DNA from: a virus
Length of the DNA stretch: 64,000 bases
Reading direction: 5' to 3' (one strand)
Virus record (IMG/VR): IMGVR_UViG_3300017779_000001
The position numbers and the translations under genes are program-made. Each line of letters begins with the position of its first letter. Position 1 is the stretch's first letter. Below, one piece after another: positions 38,566 to 46,377 of the stretch. The notes beneath the pieces are model-generated. The model had not been told where the DNA came from. It saw only the letters and a program-made list of their open reading frames with translations, and searched no databases.

Positions 38566-38877
38566 ATGAATTTAGATATGTTCGGAAATCCTATAGGAAC
38601 TAAATACCCAGGCGAGGAGGGTTGTCCTGAAGGTATGATGTGTATTCCTGAGAATGAATTCCACTTGATGCTTACAGATAATAATATGCAATATACTGTG
38701 GAAGGAAATATTGAACCTGCTCAAGGTGATGCTGAAGCGATTATTGATTTTACAAAGGATTTACTCTTTTTAGATATTAGTGTAATCCTGAATATGGCAG
38801 TTCCCTTAACGATATTTGCAATATATGGTTTAACAATTTACGCTGCAGTAAAATACATTCAAAAGAGATTAAGTTAA
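38566..38877 (+). CDS. hypothetical protein with C-terminal TM
   Basis: ORF between curlin 2 and iscU. Confidence 0.6.
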   Translation: MNLDMFGNPIGTKYPGEEGCPEGMMCIPENEFHLMLTDNNMQYTVEGNIEPAQGDAEAIIDFTKDLLFLDISVILNMAVPLTIFAIYGLTIYAAVKYIQKRLS

Positions 38878-39281
38878 TGGCATATTCACAGAAAGTTATA
38901 GACAGATTCGAGGGTGTTCTCAATGCACCCGAACAATTTTCAGTTGGTAGATTCGACCCCAACGACCCAAACGTTGCAACAGGAATGACAGGAGCCCCAG
39001 CATGTGGTGATGTCATGAAACTGCAACTCAAACTTGACGAAAAAGAGATGATAATAGATGTCAAATTCAAAACCTATGGATGTGGAAGTGCAATTGCAAG
39101 CAGTTCGTTGTTCGTTGATTTACTCAAAGGTAAAACGATTGCAGAAGCAAAACAGATTAAAGATAAAGAGATTGCAGAAATCCTTGAATTACCTCCAATC
39201 AAATTACACTGTTCAGTCCTTGCAGAAGACTCAATCAAAAAAGCAATAGAGGATTGGGAATCTAAGAACGAGAATGTATAG
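38877..39281 (+). CDS. iscU: Fe-S cluster scaffold IscU
   Basis: GAPACGDVMKLQ, FKTYGCGSAIASSS, LPPIKLHCSVLAED. Confidence 0.95.
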   Translation: MAYSQKVIDRFEGVLNAPEQFSVGRFDPNDPNVATGMTGAPACGDVMKLQLKLDEKEMIIDVKFKTYGCGSAIASSSLFVDLLKGKTIAEAKQIKDKEIAEILELPPIKLHCSVLAEDSIKKAIEDWESKNENV

Positions 39282-41136
39282 TTGGAAAACTGTATTAGTA
39301 ACGATAAGTTTACTAGTCGGTATTAAAGTATGGAACCCATACATCGTAGAGAATATACAATGGTCATGGTTTGATTTTTTACATCAACAACACAAAGAAG
39401 TACAAGTAGACGACATTGTTCTAGTCAACATAGATGAGAAATCTATAGAGAAGTATGGTCAATACCCGTTTCCTAGAAACGTTTATGGTGATACACTATG
39501 GGACACTCATCACACTAACACCCATGTTTTTTCAATTATTTTTTCAGAACCTGATAGGTTCTCAGGAGATGAAGTATTTGCAAATGGATTAGTCAATCGA
39601 TTATCTATTTTAGGAGCTGCACCCACTACACAAAAAGATACAGGTTCTGCACCATATGTTAGAACAAGTGTGTTTGGTGGTGGAGATATTACACTTCATG
39701 CATGGAATTACGATGGAATTTTAAATCCCGTCTCTACGCTAATGGATAACACATATGGTGTGGGGGTAACGGTTGCAACTCCATCAATCTCAGGAACACC
39801 AAATTTTGACGGTACAGTACGTTCTGCACCACTCCTAGTCACTGCAAATGACGTAGTGTATCCGAGTGTAGTTTTAGAGACTCTCAGAGCATTTTATGAC
39901 CAACCCAACTACCAAACTAGAGTTACACCCGAGACAGGTATTGAGTGGATTAGAATGGGTAGAGAGAAACCTATTGAGACAACATCCACTGCAGATGTAA
40001 TGATATCTTACTGGAATAAGTTTCCCTCTATTTCTTTTGCAGACTTACCTAGTTCTGATGTTCAGAATAAGATTCTAATCTATGGTCTAACTGCAGAGGG
40101 TTTGAATAATCCAGTTTCAACCCCAGTGGGTGTAATGTATCCCCACGAAGTTCAAGCCTCTCTTTTACAAACCGTTTTGACAGGAGTTCAAATACAACAA
40201 TCCTACTATCTTGAATTCTTAGAGATTGTTCTTTTAATGACAGTCCTTCTAATGACTCTTCTTGTGGTCTACAACGTTCCCACAACTCTTGCGGCTCTAG
40301 TCTCTTTAGGAATAGTAGGTCTTCAGGTGTATGGGGGATATTGGTTATGGACTTCAAGTTACGTTCTTTTCGATACCTTCTTTTCATCGGTAGCCTCCTT
40401 GATAGTTTTTGGACATGCATCTTTCAACAAATACTATAAAACATTTCAACTCAAAGAACAAATTAAGAAACAGTTCCAAAAGTATTTATCCCCCGACATG
40501 GTTGACCAACTTGCAAAAGACCCATCAAAATTAAAGTTAGGTGGAGAGAGAAAAGAAATGACTTTCATGTTCATGGACATCTGTGGATTTACTCCAATCA
40601 GTGAACACTACAAGAACAATGATGACCCCGAAGGATTAGTTGAATTGGTAAATAAGTTTTTGGACATGCAAACTAAGATAATCCTAAATAACAATGGAAC
40701 CATTGACAAGTATATGGGCGACTGCATCATGGCATTTTGGAATGCACCTTTGGATTGTCCCGACCATTCAGAACTTGCAGTCAAATCGTCAATAGAAATA
40801 CTCGAAGCAACCAAGGAACTTAATGAAGAACTTTCTCCTCTCAATCTACCTCCTATTAATGTCGGCATCGGCATTTCCACAGGAACCTGTATTGTCGGGA
40901 ACATGGGTTCAGAACTTAGATTTGACTATTCCGTCATTGGAGATGCCGTCAACCTCGGTGCTAGACTCGAAGGCCAAACGAGAAATTATGATGGGGTTGA
41001 CGTGTTGTTATCAGAAGAAACATATAGACAGTGTACATCAAGAGCATTTTCTGAAGTCGATAGAATACTCGTTAAAGGTAAATCCGAAAAAGTTCGTATC
41101 TTCACTCCACTGGAACTTTCAAGAAAGACCATCTAG
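39274..41136 (+). CDS. CHASE2-domain class III adenylate/guanylate cyclase
   Basis: N-terminal TM, IVLVNIDEKSI..YGQYPFPR (CHASE2), 3 TMs, FMDICGFT, IDKYMGDCIMAFWNAP, DYSVIGDAVNLGARLE, VKGK. Confidence 0.92.
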   Translation: MYSWKTVLVTISLLVGIKVWNPYIVENIQWSWFDFLHQQHKEVQVDDIVLVNIDEKSIEKYGQYPFPRNVYGDTLWDTHHTNTHVFSIIFSEPDRFSGDEVFANGLVNRLSILGAAPTTQKDTGSAPYVRTSVFGGGDITLHAWNYDGILNPVSTLMDNTYGVGVTVATPSISGTPNFDGTVRSAPLLVTANDVVYPSVVLETLRAFYDQPNYQTRVTPETGIEWIRMGREKPIETTSTADVMISYWNKFPSISFADLPSSDVQNKILIYGLTAEGLNNPVSTPVGVMYPHEVQASLLQTVLTGVQIQQSYYLEFLEIVLLMTVLLMTLLVVYNVPTTLAALVSLGIVGLQVYGGYWLWTSSYVLFDTFFSSVASLIVFGHASFNKYYKTFQLKEQIKKQFQKYLSPDMVDQLAKDPSKLKLGGERKEMTFMFMDICGFTPISEHYKNNDDPEGLVELVNKFLDMQTKIILNNNGTIDKYMGDCIMAFWNAPLDCPDHSELAVKSSIEILEATKELNEELSPLNLPPINVGIGISTGTCIVGNMGSELRFDYSVIGDAVNLGARLEGQTRNYDGVDVLLSEETYRQCTSRAFSEVDRILVKGKSEKVRIFTPLELSRKTI

Positions 41137-41425
41137 AGCTTTGATGGCAGTGTATTACACACTGCAGATTGCAGACATTTGGACGACACAACGGGGAATG
41201 GATTATGAATGTGTGTACGAACAGAATCCTTTACTACCTAGAGTCCCAAGTACAGAAAGATTAATACTACACAAAGTTGTATTCACATCACCTGTGTGGA
41301 TACTAGACAAAGAAAATCTTCTCAAAAAAGGAGATGTTATATTCCCTACCATGTTAATGACATATGTTATACACCATAATTTAAAAGTTATAGATAGAGC
41401 ATCTAAAAGATGTAACAAAAGGTAA
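40823..41425 (+). CDS. secreted/membrane protein overlapping the cyclase
   Basis: AAGGA RBS, signal peptide MKNFLLSIYLLLMSASA; C-terminal ADIWTT..G......EQNPL. Confidence 0.55.
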   Translation: MKNFLLSIYLLLMSASAFPQEPVLSGTWVQNLDLTIPSLEMPSTSVLDSKAKREIMMGLTCCYQKKHIDSVHQEHFLKSIEYSLKVNPKKFVSSLHWNFQERPSRALMAVYYTLQIADIWTTQRGMDYECVYEQNPLLPRVPSTERLILHKVVFTSPVWILDKENLLKKGDVIFPTMLMTYVIHHNLKVIDRASKRCNKR

Positions 41426-41458
41426 CACTAAATAATATACAAATTATGGAGATATATT

Positions 41459-41665
41459 ATGCCAGTGAAATTCGGTAAAACTTCTGTACAGATTGACAGA
41501 AATACAAAAAAGAAAACCATAGTTCATGATTACATGAAAACTAAAACTAATCAAGAACTCATGGATGCATACAATAAACCAGTAATTCCTAAACTTCGTC
41601 AGAAGGTAAAGAATGAAATAGTGAGAAGAAGTAAAAAAGGTCTTGCAAATATAGTATTCAGTTGA
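41459..41665 (+). CDS. small basic hypothetical protein
   Basis: GGAG RBS; K/R-rich. Confidence 0.6.
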   Translation: MPVKFGKTSVQIDRNTKKKTIVHDYMKTKTNQELMDAYNKPVIPKLRQKVKNEIVRRSKKGLANIVFS

Positions 41666-41788
41666 TATAATGTCTAAATACTAATGTGACACACAATTGT
41701 CACATAATAGAAACAATTACGACACAAAGAGTAAGTAACGAAAGTGAAGTCCATGTGTCAGATAGTTTCAACATAACAGGAGATAACA

Positions 41789-41899
41789 ATGCGACATTAT
41801 GCATCATTGTCTGCCGAGTATCTAAGGACGCAAGCAGACCGACTACACAACCTCATGAAATGTGGTAGATTACAGAATGTAATCAGAGAAATTTATTAG
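41789..41899 (+). CDS. 36-aa peptide downstream of a structured leader
   Basis: AGGAG RBS; MRHYASLSAEYLRTQADRLHNLMKCGRLQNVIREIY. Confidence 0.55.
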   Translation: MRHYASLSAEYLRTQADRLHNLMKCGRLQNVIREIY

Positions 41900-41960
41900 G
41901 TTTTTTTCAAAAAACCCCTTGACTTTTATGTAAAAGTCCCTATATAATATAGTATGAGAA

Positions 41961-42016
41961 CTTCAAAAGAGCTCGGGTATTGACCTTCGGGAAGATATAT
42001 CTTCAAAAGAGCTCGG
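41961..42016 (+). repeat. 16-bp direct repeat in the hsp20 leader
   Basis: CTTCAAAAGAGCTCGG at 41961 and 42001. Confidence 0.9.
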
Positions 42017-42060
42017 TTCTCTACACCTAATGCCCAGTAGGGGTTAGGTATTAACATTAA

Positions 42061-42078
42061 CTTGCTTTTAAAAAGGAG
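42061..42078 (+). promoter_or_regulatory. ROSE-like RNA thermometer hairpin
   Basis: CTTGCTTT pairs with AAAGGAG (SD) leaving a bulged G, upstream of a small heat-shock gene. Confidence 0.55.
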
Positions 42079-42084
42079 AAAATT

Positions 42085-42498
42085 ATGACAAGTATAGACG
42101 CTTTCGGTCGCTTCAGACCACTAACCATCGGATTTGATAGACTCTTCGAAGACCTCGACAGAGTAACAACTCAATCAGATAATTACCCACCATACAACTT
42201 AATCAAAGTAGATGAAGATTCATTCTTTATTGAACTTGCAGTAGCAGGATTTGCTAAAGACGAGATATCGATTGAGTTTAAAGATAGAGTTTTAACTATC
42301 ACAGGTGATTCATCCCCAAGAGTCGATGGTGTCGATTTTGTTCATAAGGGAATCTCAGAAAGAAACTTCATTAGAAAATTCACACTTGCAGAACATATTG
42401 TTATCAAGAGTGCAAAAGTAACCAATGGTTTACTAGTGATTTCACTGGACAGAGAAATTCCCGAAGAAGAAAAACCTCAAGTAATTAAAATTAAATAA
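42085..42498 (+). CDS. small heat shock protein Hsp20 (IbpA-like)
   Basis: IGFDRLF, NYPPYN, IELAVAGF, HKGISER.F.RKF.LA, NGLL.I.L.R.IPEE.KP. Confidence 0.95.
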   Translation: MTSIDAFGRFRPLTIGFDRLFEDLDRVTTQSDNYPPYNLIKVDEDSFFIELAVAGFAKDEISIEFKDRVLTITGDSSPRVDGVDFVHKGISERNFIRKFTLAEHIVIKSAKVTNGLLVISLDREIPEEEKPQVIKIK

Positions 42499-42572
42499 GA
42501 AAACGTATTGACTAAATACACGGATAGTAGTATACTAGAGTATATTAACGTATATATTATGGAGACTTAATT

Positions 42573-43082
42573 ATGAGTTTTGTTACAGCAGGAGAAACTA
42601 GAATACCGAAGACCCATCTCACACAGAGAGTTGAAGATAACTTTGATGTTATCAACACTCAGAAAATGTTTGAGACAGGTAAGAATGTATTCTTCACTTT
42701 GCCAGGCGCATACACACCAACTTGTTCGACTAGACAACTTCCTCGTTATGAAGAATTATTCGAAGAGTTCCAAGGTAAGGGTGTTGACAACATTTACTGT
42801 TTTTCAGTGAATGATGGTTTCGTTATGAACGCATGGTCAAACGACCTAAATATAACAAAGGTCAAGATGATTGCAGATGGAAATGGTTCCTTTGCAAATA
42901 AACTTGGTATTTTGGTTGATAAATTAAACTTAGGATTTGGTAAACGTGCATGGAGATGTGCAGCTGTCGTTGAAGACGGACTAATCACTCAATGGTATGA
43001 AGAGCCTGGTATCTCTCAAGATGCTAGTAATGACCCATACAAGGTTACTAACCCTGAAAACATCCTTTCAAACTTGGAGTAA
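42573..43082 (+). CDS. peroxiredoxin (Prx5-type)
   Basis: LPGAYTPTCS, SVNDGFVMNAW, DGNG.F, GFG.R.WR. Confidence 0.92.
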   Translation: MSFVTAGETRIPKTHLTQRVEDNFDVINTQKMFETGKNVFFTLPGAYTPTCSTRQLPRYEELFEEFQGKGVDNIYCFSVNDGFVMNAWSNDLNITKVKMIADGNGSFANKLGILVDKLNLGFGKRAWRCAAVVEDGLITQWYEEPGISQDASNDPYKVTNPENILSNLE

Positions 43083-43085
43083 AAA

Positions 43086-43316
43086 ATGGCATTTAGAGCA
43101 ACAATCGAAAGAGCAGCAAATGGTTATGCAGTTGTTATTGAACATGATGATAAAGAGGCAACTCCTAATCATTTATCAGTACACGGTCTATTAGACGACG
43201 CAGTAAACTTTGTATCAGAATTCTTTACAGACGTAGAGGGTAACGAAGGCAAAGAAGAGTCAAAAGACGGTGAAGCTGAAGTTTTAACAGAAGCAGAAGC
43301 ACCTGTTCAATCTTAA
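43086..43316 (+). CDS. hypothetical acidic protein
   Basis: GGAG RBS; IERAANGY. Confidence 0.6.
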   Translation: MAFRATIERAANGYAVVIEHDDKEATPNHLSVHGLLDDAVNFVSEFFTDVEGNEGKEESKDGEAEVLTEAEAPVQS

Positions 43317-43331
43317 TCTAAAAGAGTTCTC

Positions 43332-43360
43332 GGGGGTTCTCTTACCAACCCCCATTTTTA
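43332..43360 (+). terminator. probable terminator
   Basis: GGGGGTT-N8-AACCCCC then ATTTTT. Confidence 0.65.
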
Positions 43361-43409
43361 TTTTAAAAAACATCTAGACAACACGTCTAGATTATTATAT
43401 AATGAATCT

Positions 43410-43844
43410 ATGTATCGAGTAATCAAAACTTACGGAAATGACAGAGGTCTATCTTGTGCATTCAGACAATGGAAAGCAGATAGTCACTGTAATTTAATTC
43501 ACGGGTATTCCCTTGGTTTTAAAATCACTTTCGAAGCAGACACACTAGACTCTAGAAATTGGGTAATTGACTTTGGAGATTTCTCTAAACTTAAGAACTT
43601 CCTAGAGGATACATTTGACCACACAACTGCAGTCGCAGAAGACGACCCTCATATCTACACTTTCAGAAAGTTATCACATGACGGTTTAATCAGATTGGTG
43701 ATGATGGAAAATGTAGGATGTGAAATGTTTGCTAAATATGTTTACGATTACTGTGTACAAGAGTACAACGATGACAGAGTAAAAGTACACTCAGTAGAGT
43801 GTTTTGAACATGGAGCAAACAGTGCTATATTCGGAAATTTTTAA
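43410..43844 (+). CDS. queD: 6-carboxytetrahydropterin synthase QueD-like
   Basis: SHC.LIHGY, WVIDFG, FDHT, GCE.FA, EHGANSA. Confidence 0.88.
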   Translation: MYRVIKTYGNDRGLSCAFRQWKADSHCNLIHGYSLGFKITFEADTLDSRNWVIDFGDFSKLKNFLEDTFDHTTAVAEDDPHIYTFRKLSHDGLIRLVMMENVGCEMFAKYVYDYCVQEYNDDRVKVHSVECFEHGANSAIFGNF

Positions 43845-44643
43845 AAGTATTCAAGGAGAAGGACATTACACTGGAGTCCCAACTGCATGGTTGAGATTCT
43901 TTGGATGTAATCTTGAGTGCAATGGTTTCGGTCAGAATGACCCAACAGACCCATCCACATACGAATTACCTTTCGAAAAGATAAGCTTAACAGACATTAC
44001 ACAAGTAGAAGAGTTACCTGTATTTAAGTATGGGTGTGACTCATCTTACTCTTGGTCAAAGAAGTTTGCACATCTACAACACAAAGAGACACCCGAAGAA
44101 GTTGCAGATAGATTAGATGACTTGTTAAAAGACAACTGGCATCTTGCATTTACTGGTGGAGAACCATTACTTAGAGCTGCACAGAAGAACATGGTAAAGA
44201 TACTCAACAGAATACCAAAACAGAATTACATTACCATAGAAACAAATGGTACACAAATCATACGTGAAGAACTAGAAACGTATATCAGTCACTACCCACA
44301 TAAAGAATTTTTCTTTTCTATCAGTCCCAAAATCTTCAATACTAGTGGAGAAAAGGATGCAGTCAAACCCGAAGTTGTAAAACAATACCATGACCTATCA
44401 CGACATGGTCAACTTAAGTTTGTATGTAATGGAACAGATGAATCATGGGAAGAGATTGAAAATGCAATCCAATCCTTCCGTGACGTTGGTGTCAGATATC
44501 CTATATGGATTATGCCTGTAGGTGCATTAGAAGAAACACAACAAGAGAATGCAGCTATGATTGCAGAACAAACAATGGATAGAGGATATAATGTATCTGC
44601 AAGAGTTCACTGTTACATATGGGGTAACCAAATCGGAACATGA
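43810..44643 (+). CDS. queE: 7-carboxy-7-deazaguanine synthase QueE (radical SAM)
   Basis: EIF.SIQGEG..TG.P...LRFFGCNLEC...GCDS, FTGGEP, IETNGT, SISPK. Confidence 0.92.
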   Translation: MEQTVLYSEIFKSIQGEGHYTGVPTAWLRFFGCNLECNGFGQNDPTDPSTYELPFEKISLTDITQVEELPVFKYGCDSSYSWSKKFAHLQHKETPEEVADRLDDLLKDNWHLAFTGGEPLLRAAQKNMVKILNRIPKQNYITIETNGTQIIREELETYISHYPHKEFFFSISPKIFNTSGEKDAVKPEVVKQYHDLSRHGQLKFVCNGTDESWEEIENAIQSFRDVGVRYPIWIMPVGALEETQQENAAMIAEQTMDRGYNVSARVHCYIWGNQIGT

Positions 44644-45398
44644 GTGTAAATATGATAACAAATAATAGAGAGAAAGTCAGAGGTAAGACTGTTCTTCTCT
44701 ATAGTGGTGGACAAGACTCAATAATCATTGACCACCTTTTACAACCCGATGTCTTACTGAACATTAGTATGAAATCTAATTATGACCATAGAGAAAGAAT
44801 GTCTATGAGTGGATTGGATGAGAGGATGATATTTCTTGATGATGTGTTAAACCTAGGACAATTTGAAAGAGACGATGCAATAGTTCCAAACAGAAATGCA
44901 CACTTGGTTTTGATTGCATCTTACTATGGTGAACATATCATGATGGGTTCAGTCAGTGGTGACAGGTCATATGATAAAGATGAGGTATTCTATCTAAGGA
45001 TGATGGACTTACTTAATCACATGTGGCAAGAACAACACTGGACTGAGGAAAGAAGATTTACAATTGAATCACCATACAAAGACAAAACAAAAACAGAATT
45101 AGTAAAAGAGTTTATCGAAGTAAAAGGTATAGACTTTGCAACGAAAGAACTATTCCAATCCTATTCATGTTATGAAGGTAGATTGAAACACTGTGGTCAG
45201 TGTAAAGCATGTTTTAGAAAATGGGTATCACTAGTGAACAACGATATATTTTTTGATGAAGACTACTGGGAAAATAATCCAATTAAAGCAAAATGGCTTG
45301 ACGATATAAAAGACTCAGTGTATAATAGAACATACCGTGGTAAAGAAGACAGTGACATACAGAGAGCATTGGTTCTTAATGGAGACTGGAAGATATAA
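44640..45398 (+). CDS. queC: 7-cyano-7-deazaguanine synthase QueC-like
   Basis: LLYSGGQDS, VPNRN, SYSCY...HCGQCKAC. Confidence 0.85.
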   Translation: MSVNMITNNREKVRGKTVLLYSGGQDSIIIDHLLQPDVLLNISMKSNYDHRERMSMSGLDERMIFLDDVLNLGQFERDDAIVPNRNAHLVLIASYYGEHIMMGSVSGDRSYDKDEVFYLRMMDLLNHMWQEQHWTEERRFTIESPYKDKTKTELVKEFIEVKGIDFATKELFQSYSCYEGRLKHCGQCKACFRKWVSLVNNDIFFDEDYWENNPIKAKWLDDIKDSVYNRTYRGKEDSDIQRALVLNGDWKI

Positions 45399-45460
45399 AT
45401 ATATGTGTTACACAAAGGTAACAACATATCACAAAACATAACCGAGTAAGGAAGGTAAAA

Positions 45461-46144
45461 ATGGCATATAACAAAACCAAAACAGACCCAGCATTGGGTT
45501 TGGAAATTCACAACCATCTACATAAAGTTGGTGTAGAAACACCAACGAAACAGAATGGTCTAAGTCGTACAGACAAAATAGAAAACATAGAAAGACACAT
45601 GGAACAAATCATGAAGACCCTTGGTCTAGATTTATCCGATGACAGTCTAATTGATACACCAAAAAGAGTTGCAAAGATGTATGTCAATGAAGTCTTTTGG
45701 GGTCTTGACTATGAAGCATTCCCTAAGTGTACTGCAGTAGATAACAAGATGAAGTATGAGAACATGATTGTTGAAACAAACATAAGTGTTCAATCAAACT
45801 GTGAACATCACTTCGTAGTAATTGATGGTACTGCAACAGTAGCTTACATACCAAAACAAAAAGTCTTAGGTCTTAGTAAGATGAATCGTATCGTAGAATA
45901 CTTTTCTAAGAGACCACAAATACAAGAGAGACTAACAGAACAAATCTATCATGCATTATCATACATTCTTGATACAGAAGATGTTGCAGTCGTAGTTGAT
46001 GCACAACACTACTGTGTAAAGAGTAGAGGTGTAGAAGATACAGGGTCATCAACAATCACATCTAGATTAGGTGGTGCATTTTTTGATGATGATAAAACAA
46101 GAACAGAGTTCATGCAAATAGTTTGGGGAAAAAGATGTCAGTAA
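45461..46144 (+). CDS. folE: GTP cyclohydrolase I
   Basis: TPKRVAKMY, S.CEHHF, GLSK.NR.V....KRPQIQERLT, HYCVKSRG. Confidence 0.97.
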   Translation: MAYNKTKTDPALGLEIHNHLHKVGVETPTKQNGLSRTDKIENIERHMEQIMKTLGLDLSDDSLIDTPKRVAKMYVNEVFWGLDYEAFPKCTAVDNKMKYENMIVETNISVQSNCEHHFVVIDGTATVAYIPKQKVLGLSKMNRIVEYFSKRPQIQERLTEQIYHALSYILDTEDVAVVVDAQHYCVKSRGVEDTGSSTITSRLGGAFFDDDKTRTEFMQIVWGKRCQ

Positions 46145-46377
46145 CAATACCCGATATTATTGGTTTTGTAGGAGTAGGATTACTGATAGTAACCTATGCA
46201 CTACTACAGTTAGACCGTATTGACCCGAAAGGTTTTTGGTACAGTTTCAACAATATGATGGTTGCAATACTTGTGACTGTGAGTTTAGTTTACACACCTA
46301 ACCTTGCAAGTCTAGTGATTGAATTCTTTTGGTTTTTTATTAGTGTGTTTGGATTATGGAAGTTTTACACTAGATGA
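46135..46377 (+). CDS. small 3-TM membrane protein (CBU_0592-like)
   Basis: D.IG.VGV.L....YALLQ...I......YS..N; N.AS.VIE.FW..IS. Confidence 0.65.
   Translation: MSVTIPDIIGFVGVGLLIVTYALLQLDRIDPKGFWYSFNNMMVAILVTVSLVYTPNLASLVIEFFWFFISVFGLWKFYTR

Noticed and set aside
41684-41705. TGTGA...TCACA as a CRP site near the cyclase
   Set aside because: Spacer is 10 nt rather than 6; more likely an RNA hairpin.
41686-41868. 60-aa GTG-start ORF
   Set aside because: No RBS; region better explained by RNA structure plus the SD-led 36-aa ORF at 41789.
41961-42016. Mini-CRISPR array
   Set aside because: Only two 16-bp copies with a 24-nt spacer and no cas genes.
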